The notes below the pieces were generated by a model, which saw only the letters and a list, made by a program, of their open reading frames with translations, was not told the origin of the DNA and made no database searches. From Acidobacteria bacterium SCN 69-37 (GTDB lineage Bacteria; Acidobacteriota; Vicinamibacteria; Vicinamibacterales; SCN-69-37), in the NCBI GenBank assembly GCA_001724025.1, contig MEDJ01000009.1:41777-105776 (forward strand): a DNA stretch of 64,000 nucleotides, written 5' to 3'. Positions 7,996 through 15,026 of this stretch are shown piece after piece (the first letter of the stretch is position 1; each line of letters begins with the position of its first letter). Both the position numbers and the translations under genes were made by a program.

Positions 7996-10434
7996 TTACG
8001 CTTCTCCCTTCGGATGGGCCAGGATGGTGTCGAGGGCGCCGCGCAGGCTGCGGCCGGCGCCGGCCAGTGACAGCCGGTCGTTGTCGAGCGGCGTGTTGGT
8101 GTAAATCCAGTACGACTGCGGGTCGACGTGGAGGTTGATGACTTTCGCGAGATCAGGGCGCTTCAGAAGCGCCTGCCGGCGCGGCTGCAGGCGCGTGATG
8201 AGCTCGGCCTCGGTGTGGTTCAGGTGGAACAACTCCCGCGCGCGGTCGAGGTCCATGCCGGGATTGGCGAGGAAGAACTTCGTCGGGCAACTCTCGACAA
8301 CGGTCCGGAGCAGATCGGCGTCGAGGAAGTCGTCACTGCTCTGCGTCGCCAGCACCATGGCCGCATTGCGTTTGCGCCAGGTCTTGAGCGCCTCGGTGAT
8401 GTAGGCCTTCACCGTGCGGTCCCGGGCGAAGCGCCACGCCTCGTCGAGCACGAACAGCTTCAGTTGAGCCGTCGTCGTCCGGTCGAGGATGGCGGCGCTG
8501 GCGCGGTGCAGCACGTAGAACAATAGCGGCTCGAGGACGAGGGGAAAGTTCTCGAGCCCCTCGAAGTCAAAACACTGGATGCGCTGAAACGTCAGCGTGT
8601 CCTCCGCGTTGTCGAACAGCGACGCATAGGGACCGCCCTGGACCCAGCGATGGAGGTGCTCCGCCACCCCACGCGGGAGGATGTTCGCCAGCGTGATCAG
8701 GCGGCGTTGGGGCGGGTCGAGGGCGTAGACGTTCTCGACCGCCTCATAGAGGTCCCGGTCCTCCTGCATCGTGAGCTGGTATTGCCCACTCGACTGGATC
8801 AACACCCGCACGAACGAGAACAGGAAGTGCAGGTTCTCCTGGGTGGGCTCCAGGCAGAACGGGTTGATCGTGAACGTCCGATGCGCCAGTCCCAGCCGCC
8901 AGGTGCTGCCGCCCAGCAGGGTGACGAGCTTCTCGTAGCTGCCGCCCAGATCGAAGATGCACGTGAACGGATCGTACTTCTGCGCGTGCGTCACGAGGAA
9001 GTTCGACAGGAACGACTTCCCCGACCCTGTCGCTCCTTGAATGAGCGTGTGCCCGATGTCCTGGTAGTGGAGATTCCAGAAGTACGGCGTCTGGTGTTCC
9101 GTCTCGAAGACGGCGAGGCAGGGGCGGTCGCCGAGGTGGGCGCTGGTCCGCTGTCCGGTGTGCAGCGTGAACAACAGGCTGAGATCCGCGACGTTCGTAT
9201 TCAGCAGGGCCAACCGCCGCACATTGTGCGACGCGTTGCCGGGCACGACCGCGAGCCAGGCGTTCAAGAGGTTGTAACTCTCCTCGAAGAGGGCTCCGTC
9301 GTGCCCGGCAAACACCTTCACGCACTCCGCCACGCTGGTGCGCAACCGCTCCGGGTCGCGGTCGTAGGCCACGAGACTCAACGAACAGGCGCCGAAGAAC
9401 CGGCCGTGGACCTCGAGTTCCGTCAGGCTCTGGCCCAGTTCGTGGACGGTGGCGGCGGCCGAGTCGTCGACGAGCATGTCCTCCGGCCGCGTCTCGCTGC
9501 TGACGTAGTTCATCAGGGAGACGCGCTTGTTGAAGAAGTGCCGGCGGCGGGCGTGGAGCTCGCGGCGAATCGTCGCGTTCGGAACGCGCTGCCACTCGAG
9601 GCACGCGATGAACGTGCTCGGGATCGCGCAGAGATCCTGGAGCATGTTCGCGAACGTTTTCGACGGCGGCTCCTTCATCGTGAGCACCTTGACGTCGTAG
9701 CCATCGACGTGGAGGTGGTCCCGATGGCAGTCGATCGCGGAGTCCGCCACGTAGTAGTCGAGGTGTGTGTCGTACTTGAGCGAGACCCCATCGACCTTGT
9801 GCGGCGCGTAGTTGAGCAACTGCCGAAAAAACCGGAACGCCTGCGCTTTGTCGAGCAAGATGGGGGCGGCCGTGTCCGACAGATGCGAGGCAAAGGCCTG
9901 CGCTTTCTGGTGCAACTCGGTGGTCGCGTCCAGAATCTGACGCGCCATCTTGGCGGATAGACTCCGCAGCGACAGCCGTTGCCGCAGGCCGTCAACGTGA
10001 CCGTCGAGGGCAGGATGCGAGGTCCCCGACCGCGCGGTGAGGCCGTCGTAGACCACAACCAGATAGAGTTCGAGCTCGAACAGACGATCGGACCGCGACT
10101 GCAGGTAGGCCGCGCGTTGCTGCAGGGCCTCATCCACGACGGCGTGCGCGTGTCGCTCGAGAGCGACCGGGGTCGCCGGTCGCTTGATGAGGTACTGATA
10201 CACCCGGAAGGATTCGTTCAGCTGGCGGAGCGCCTGCTCGAACCGTTGGGTGATCGCCCGCCGCTCGTCGTGGTCGAGGCATTCGAAGTCGACGCCCCGT
10301 AGCCGGTAGACCTGCCCGACGGCACCGGCCTTGGTCATGAACGCGTGGTCGTCGACAAAGCCCCACAGCGCGATGAGACTATTGACGGCGCCGGCGTCGC
10401 GGTAGTCCTTCAGAATGCGACCGAGCTTTACCAT
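7996..10434 (-). CDS. VirB4/TrbE-like T4SS ATPase
   Basis: ORF trimmed to ATG 10432-10434 (MVKLGRILKDYRDAGAVNSLIALWGFVDD...), giving 812 aa with Walker A LIQGATGSGKSF and Walker B-like KLFVLDEAW. Confidence 0.9.
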   Translation of the reverse strand: MVKLGRILKDYRDAGAVNSLIALWGFVDDHAFMTKAGAVGQVYRLRGVDFECLDHDERRAITQRFEQALRQLNESFRVYQYLIKRPATPVALERHAHAVVDEALQQRAAYLQSRSDRLFELELYLVVVYDGLTARSGTSHPALDGHVDGLRQRLSLRSLSAKMARQILDATTELHQKAQAFASHLSDTAAPILLDKAQAFRFFRQLLNYAPHKVDGVSLKYDTHLDYYVADSAIDCHRDHLHVDGYDVKVLTMKEPPSKTFANMLQDLCAIPSTFIACLEWQRVPNATIRRELHARRRHFFNKRVSLMNYVSSETRPEDMLVDDSAAATVHELGQSLTELEVHGRFFGACSLSLVAYDRDPERLRTSVAECVKVFAGHDGALFEESYNLLNAWLAVVPGNASHNVRRLALLNTNVADLSLLFTLHTGQRTSAHLGDRPCLAVFETEHQTPYFWNLHYQDIGHTLIQGATGSGKSFLSNFLVTHAQKYDPFTCIFDLGGSYEKLVTLLGGSTWRLGLAHRTFTINPFCLEPTQENLHFLFSFVRVLIQSSGQYQLTMQEDRDLYEAVENVYALDPPQRRLITLANILPRGVAEHLHRWVQGGPYASLFDNAEDTLTFQRIQCFDFEGLENFPLVLEPLLFYVLHRASAAILDRTTTAQLKLFVLDEAWRFARDRTVKAYITEALKTWRKRNAAMVLATQSSDDFLDADLLRTVVESCPTKFFLANPGMDLDRARELFHLNHTEAELITRLQPRRQALLKRPDLAKVINLHVDPQSYWIYTNTPLDNDRLSLAGAGRSLRGALDTILAHPKGEA

Positions 10435-10736
10435 CCGTGTACCCTCCCCGTCGCCCTGAGTCGGTGATGCTGCGCGGCGTCGTAGCGCGCGTGAAGGCGG
10501 CCTGAGCGCAGCAGGATCTGGAGCATCTGCGGATCCCGTGTCGTGCTCCACCACGCGACGCCGTAGAGCCCGCTGAACAACAAGCAGCCCGCCAGGAAGC
10601 TGTAGAAGAGATTGAAGGCCGCTGCCCCGACGAGCAGCGCGAGGAAGAACAGGCGACGGTCGACACCCCACACCGTCAGCGGCCGATGCAGGCTGCGGTA
10701 GACGGGGCGGTACTCAGGCAGATGGGCAGCGTTCAT
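10428..10736 (-). CDS. VirB3/TrbD-like small T4SS membrane protein
   Basis: ORF trimmed to ATG 10734-10736, giving 102 aa with RPLTVWGVDRRLFFLALLVGAAAFNLFYSFLAGCLLFSGLYGVAWW. It overlaps the virB4 start by 7 nt. Confidence 0.75.
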   Translation of the reverse strand: MNAAHLPEYRPVYRSLHRPLTVWGVDRRLFFLALLVGAAAFNLFYSFLAGCLLFSGLYGVAWWSTTRDPQMLQILLRSGRLHARYDAAQHHRLRATGRVHGW

Positions 10737-10749
10737 CAGGATCCGCCTT

Positions 10750-11061
10750 TCAGAACAGCCACGCCAAGAACTGCGCCGCGAACAGCGCCAGGCCGCCCCC
10801 GAACACGATGCCGCTGATCTGGCGCTTGGCGCCGCCCTCACCGAACATGAACATCAAGCCGCCGATGACGATCGCGACCAAGGCCAGCGATCGCGCGAGC
10901 GGCCCTGTGAAGGTGGTTTCGAGATTGGTGGCGGCTCGCTCCCACGGCGCTTGCGCGAAGGTGAGGGCGGGAGTCAGCAGGAGCGTGAAGAGCAGCATCC
11001 CTGCGGCACGGAACACGCGAGCGAGAGAGGAACGATACGAGCGGACGGGAGTGCGGGACAT
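10750..11061 (-). CDS. VirB2/TrbC-like pilin precursor
   Basis: ORF trimmed to ATG 11059-11061, which is preceded by GGAGG. 103 aa with a long leader, TFAQAPW and two hydrophobic Gly-rich helices (LALVAIVIGGLMFMFGEGG…IVFGGGLALFAAQFLAWLF). Confidence 0.7.
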   Translation of the reverse strand: MSRTPVRSYRSSLARVFRAAGMLLFTLLLTPALTFAQAPWERAATNLETTFTGPLARSLALVAIVIGGLMFMFGEGGAKRQISGIVFGGGLALFAAQFLAWLF

Positions 11062-11139
11062 GGGAACCTCCGGGATGCGCACAGCGCGGAAGAGCGAGCC
11101 TGGAGTGAGGATAGGGATCCGCGCGCGCGCGATCTGCGC

Positions 11140-11168
11140 GGTTCCAGACAGTGTCTGGAACCAGACAC
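11140..11168. promoter_or_regulatory. Compound palindrome GGTTCCAGACA-G-TGTCTGGAACC-AGACAC, containing TGTCT-N6-AGACA (11152-11167); candidate operator or terminator between the Crp-like gene and trbC
   Basis: Perfect 11+11 inverted repeat plus an overlapping 18-bp palindrome GTGTCTGGAACCAGACAC. It lies 7 nt downstream of the regulator stop and about 80 nt upstream of the pilin start. Confidence 0.4.
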
Positions 11169-11174
11169 TACGCG

Positions 11175-11903
11175 TTACGGGATCGGGCGCACGGACGGGA
11201 GCACGCGGGTATCGCCGGGTGGCGGCGTCAACCTGAAGTCCTCTCGGTCGGCGGCGTAGCACGAACACGCGGACACTTCGAGACGTCGACGATTCACGAT
11301 CACGATCGAGCCGCGCCGACAGCGAATCGCCTCGGCCCGTTGCAGGTCACCCGCGGCCATGCTGACTGCCGTCCGTGGCACGCCGAGCACCTGCGCCAGG
11401 TTCTCGTGTGTCAGCGCCAGCGTGTCGGAATGCACCCGGTCGCTGGCACTGAGCAGCCACCGACAGAGCCGCTCGGACAGCGGATGGAAGTGGTGGCAGA
11501 CCGTTGACTGCCCGACCTCTCGGAGTGATTGACTGGCGTAGCGCAAGCACGCGTCCCGCAACGCGGGGCTGTCGCCGAGTTCCGCCGTGAGGAGATCGGC
11601 ACGCAGCCGCCGGGCCGCGCCGCTGATCTGCACGACCGCCTGGTACGGCGTGCGCGACGTCTGCAAGATGACCGGGACCCCGACCACCCCATCGTGGCCG
11701 ACGGACGCCAGCTCGAGCGTCGGACCTTCCGCCGTCAACGCGAGCAGCGAGACCAGCCCACTCGTGGGGAAGTACGCGAACCGGGTCGGCTCTTCGGCTC
11801 GTTGAAGGACTTGGCCCCGCAGCAGATCGACCGGTTCCAAGCGACGGTCCAGGCGATCACGGGCTGCGGTCGGCAGACGGGCCAGTAAGAGGTTGGCGTG
11901 CAC
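11175..11903 (-). CDS. Crp/Fnr-family transcriptional regulator
   Basis: ORF trimmed to GTG 11901-11903 (AAGGAG 10 nt upstream), giving 242 aa with a cNMP-binding-like N-domain (…FAYFPTSGLVSLLALTAEGPTLELASVGHDGVVG…) and a C-terminal HTH (LTHENLAQVLGVPRTAVSMAAGDLQRAEAI). Confidence 0.75.
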   Translation of the reverse strand: MHANLLLARLPTAARDRLDRRLEPVDLLRGQVLQRAEEPTRFAYFPTSGLVSLLALTAEGPTLELASVGHDGVVGVPVILQTSRTPYQAVVQISGAARRLRADLLTAELGDSPALRDACLRYASQSLREVGQSTVCHHFHPLSERLCRWLLSASDRVHSDTLALTHENLAQVLGVPRTAVSMAAGDLQRAEAIRCRRGSIVIVNRRRLEVSACSCYAADREDFRLTPPPGDTRVLPSVRPIP

Positions 11904-12180
11904 GATGGTGGATCTCCTTGAGCCGCGGTCGATGGGCGTGAGACCCGACGCACGGACGCTGGACGCCGCGCGTCCCGCTCCCCTTTTTGGCAAGATGGCG
12001 GCCAAGTCGACGCGGCCTGCCCCCACGGAGGCTCGTATCGATGAACGGGCTCACTTTTCGAGGAAATTGGTGAACTCGACAGTCAGGGGGCCTAGCTGCA
12101 TCCCAAGCAGGCGAGGCCCCAAATGGCGAGATCGCGGGTAGTCGCTACCCGTGGTCCCGACGGCGGGAGGTCGTGGAGGA

Positions 12181-12209
12181 GGCGGAGCGCCCGGCGCGGG
12201 CGCCCCGCC
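12181..12209 (-). terminator. GC-rich hairpin immediately after the SpoVG-like gene (no U-tract)
   Basis: GGCGGAGCGCCCG-GCG-CGGGCGCCCCGCC is a 13-bp stem (one G:U on the minus-strand RNA) that ends 8 nt from the stop codon. Confidence 0.35.
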
Positions 12210-12217
12210 GGTGAGCG

Positions 12218-12544
12218 TCACGCCGACTCGGCCAGCGCGAGTTCGTAGTCGTTGTAGGCATCGATGATCGCATCGCGCAGCGCGTCCTGCGTGGCGGGGT
12301 CCGTGATTGGCCGCAGCAGCGCGAAGCTGCGGCGTTCGCCGTTGACCGAGTACTGCCGTGCCGGGAACGTCACGTTGCGGCCGCCGGCCTTGCGCTCCCA
12401 GACGGCGAAGCCGATCAGCTTGAGGCCGCCGAGCGGGCCGCCGGTGAAGTGGATCTCAGCGTCGGCGAGTTTGCCGGGAGGGTTGCCCTTGTCGTTCGGG
12501 AAGAACTTGACGGTCATCTGCGCGGGCGTTCTGGTCGTAGCCAT
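12218..12544 (-). CDS. SpoVG-like small nucleic-acid-binding protein (tentative), ICE gene
   Basis: ORF trimmed to ATG 12542-12544 (AAGGAG 9 nt upstream), giving 108 aa. The pattern KLADAEIHF…LGGLKLIGFAVWERKAGGRNVTFPARQYSVNGERRSFALLRPITDPATQDALRDAIIDAY resembles the SpoVG fold signature. Confidence 0.55.
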   Translation of the reverse strand: MATTRTPAQMTVKFFPNDKGNPPGKLADAEIHFTGGPLGGLKLIGFAVWERKAGGRNVTFPARQYSVNGERRSFALLRPITDPATQDALRDAIIDAYNDYELALAESA

Positions 12545-12551
12545 GTGTCTG

Positions 12552-12660
12552 TGCTCCTTCTGTGTGAGAACCGCGTCGTGCGGTTCCTTCGCAGCCAAAG
12601 GAACCCACTGATCGCGGTTACAGAAGGAGCAGGAGGACCGCCGGGGCGCGGCGAGGCGCC
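12552..12660 (-). promoter_or_regulatory. Structured 5' leader, copy 1 (upstream of the SpoVG-like gene): an anti-SD/SD helix enclosing a GGTTCCTT…AAGGAACC hairpin
   Basis: 12-nt perfect inverted repeat 12552-12563 / 12620-12631 that includes the AAGGAG SD. Inner hairpin 12582-12589 / 12598-12605. Conserved blocks GGAGGACC (12632-12639) and GCGAGGCGCC (12651-12660) are shared with copy 2. Confidence 0.45.
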
Positions 12661-13346
12661 GGACCCTATGGCGCGGACGTGACCAGCACGCATTCCCGCT
12701 GGCGCGGCTGTGCCGTCCGGCGCCGGTTCCGAAGGAACGCCACGCCCCGGTGGGACGGTTGGCGAAGACCGTGTGGCCGTCGCGATGACCACGAATTCGG
12801 ACGCTCAGGGTGGCCCGTCACACGTTCGCCGCTGGACACGCTCACTCGCCGGCACGCGGGGCAACGGCACGCGAGACGCATACAGGGCCGAGGTCGACGT
12901 GAGATCGGCTCGGGAATGAGCGGACAGAACGCCTCCGTCGTGCTGGCCGACGGACGACGCATGATGAACCTGGGGAGACGAACAAATGTTCCGACAACAA
13001 CGACGATGTGATTCGGTCAGCAGATCGGACGACCGGAGTCACGGGCGGGAATCGACGGGTAGGCGCGACTCAGCATTCACGCCTGTTTGGCGGCGGTACG
13101 CGGACATCCCGGCGGGCCTGGTCGCCACTGCGGCGTCAGTCAGGACCTAGCGGCTGGCCGCTGAGCCGCAGCCCGTCACCGATTCTAAGTCTCACGCCGT
13201 CGGTCGGACTGTCGAGCGCCCCCGGCCTCGCTGGCGCGATCGACACCGTTCGGACTAACCTATCCCGGCTAATCCGATTCTAGTTCCTAGAGGGCGCCTC
13301 CGAGTGGGCGTTCAGACCGTCGGACTGGCGTGCTCTGAGGGGCCGA

Positions 13347-14528
13347 ATGCCTTCCCGTTCACCAAACGCCGCAGCCCAGTCGAAGACTGACCATTCGGCC
13401 TCCGCCTCAGCCGCAGGCATCCTCTTTCAAGTGGAGCGCGCGTTGCTGCACTTGGCATCGGCTACCAGCGACACGGCCGTCGTCGGCGTCGAGACTCTCG
13501 ACGATGTCGTCGTGATGGAGGGAGACCGGCTCGCAATTCGCGAGCAAGACAAGCACTCAGTCGGGGCAGGCCGTTTGACCGAGCGCGATCCCAACTTGTG
13601 GAAGACGCTCGCAATTTGGCTTGACGACGGTCGAATAGCCGACCGATGTCTGTTGGCAACGAACAGGACTGTCTCGTCAGAATTCCTCAAAGAGCTAATG
13701 CGATCGCCGAGCGAGCGACAGCGCCCAGTGCCTCTTCTGAAGCGACTAGAGGCCATTGCGAAGCGTGGCTCATCTGAGGCCGGGATTCAGCAGACGATCG
13801 ACAGGGTGATGTCAGCGACTCGTTCTCAGTTGCGACAGCTAATAGGCAGCGTCCAGATCGTCTCTGTGAACACAGATGCCGGCACCGTCCGTGAAGACGT
13901 CTGCGTTCGCCTCGGCGTGCCAACGAGCGTGGACCGACACGCTCTGTTCCGCAATCTCATGGGCTGGATCGTGACCAGGTTACTTAGCGATTGGCGTGAA
14001 GCGAGACCTGCAAGAATCGCGCGGACAGAAGTTGTAAATCAGTGCAGAGCAATTGAGGCGGCAATCGCTAAGCAGCGCATCCTTCCACAACCTGCGGCTC
14101 AGGTGCTGGTGTCTGCCTCCGCAAGAGCTGCCGCTCGCACGAAACGCTTTACTCATCACCTCAGTCTTGTCGCCGCCGGTGACGACGACGTAGCGCAAGC
14201 CATCGACCATTTCATTCGATTCAACATCGAGAAACATCGTCTTACACGAGTCGGCGAGGTGCCCGAAGGCGAATGGACATCGCGAAGCGATCGCCTGCGT
14301 GAAAGGTGGTCGAATATTCTTCGGAAGCAGAGCCGAGACGTCGCGAAGAAGCGTGCGGCGCGAGTCGGTCTTGGCATACTTGAGGAGACGACCTATTTTC
14401 ACCGCGAGCCGCTCGACGGTAGTCCTTGCGATGAACTGTACATGACCGCTGGCCACTATCACCGTCTAGCGGATGACGATGCGGTGTGGTGGCACCCCCA
14501 CTTCCGCGTCCCGTCAAAGCGGAGATAG
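13347..14528 (+). CDS. lmuA: Lamassu/ABC-3C-type effector: N-terminal Cap4-like (DUF4297) PD-(D/E)xK nuclease domain plus a C-terminal ABC-3C-type helical domain
   Basis: 393 aa with GILFQ…VVGVETLDDVVVMEGDRLAIREQDKH (GxxFQ, E..DD, ExxK-type motifs). GAGGGG lies 4 nt upstream of the ATG. A 3-nt gap separates it from the next gene. AT-richer than the surrounding ICE. Confidence 0.7.
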   Translation: MPSRSPNAAAQSKTDHSASASAAGILFQVERALLHLASATSDTAVVGVETLDDVVVMEGDRLAIREQDKHSVGAGRLTERDPNLWKTLAIWLDDGRIADRCLLATNRTVSSEFLKELMRSPSERQRPVPLLKRLEAIAKRGSSEAGIQQTIDRVMSATRSQLRQLIGSVQIVSVNTDAGTVREDVCVRLGVPTSVDRHALFRNLMGWIVTRLLSDWREARPARIARTEVVNQCRAIEAAIAKQRILPQPAAQVLVSASARAAARTKRFTHHLSLVAAGDDDVAQAIDHFIRFNIEKHRLTRVGEVPEGEWTSRSDRLRERWSNILRKQSRDVAKKRAARVGLGILEETTYFHREPLDGSPCDELYMTAGHYHRLADDDAVWWHPHFRVPSKRR

Positions 14529-14531
14529 ACG

Positions 14532-15026
14532 ATGCAGCTAGATTTCGAAAACAAGATCGTGCGGAATCCTGTGCTTGGAGCGACTCTCATTTGGCGGTTC
14601 TGTTCTGAGTATGAGGCAGCGGCGTCCAGGAAGCGGCATGCCAGCCTCGCCGAGATTGTCCTCGCGTCTTCGCTGGTCGCCCACTCTCCAACAGTGGCTC
14701 GCCTGCATGGACTCCAATTCGACACGGGCCTTGCCCGAGCATTGGACGGTTACCCCGAGCTTCTTATCGACCTCCAAGCGCGCCTCCAGACCTCGACAGT
14801 GACGTGTCTTCGCGCGTTGGCAGTTGCTATCGCCGCAGGCCTTGTGGCTCGCACTGACCAGCAAGCTCCCGGCCAATTCGCCACCCGGCTCTCTGCTCTG
14901 CCTTCGGCCGTCGCGTCAGAGCACCCTTCCGTAGTGGACATGCACCACGCCATGAAACGAGTGGCAATCTGGATTGCTCGCGATGGCCTTACACCCGCGT
15001 GCCTGCGCCTCCAAGTGACGTTCTGA
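14532..15026 (+). CDS. lmuC: Small all-helical middle component of the three-gene module (LmuC / ABC-3C MC-like)
   Basis: 164-aa ORF sandwiched between the effector and ATPase genes. Its TGA shares one nt with the ATG of the ATPase gene (TGATG). Confidence 0.6.
   Translation: MQLDFENKIVRNPVLGATLIWRFCSEYEAAASRKRHASLAEIVLASSLVAHSPTVARLHGLQFDTGLARALDGYPELLIDLQARLQTSTVTCLRALAVAIAAGLVARTDQQAPGQFATRLSALPSAVASEHPSVVDMHHAMKRVAIWIARDGLTPACLRLQVTF

Noticed and set aside
11119-11132. Alternating (CG)6 tract as a Z-DNA-forming or regulatory signal
   Set aside because: Short CG runs are expected by chance in DNA this GC-rich. I mention it only as context for the neighbouring palindrome.
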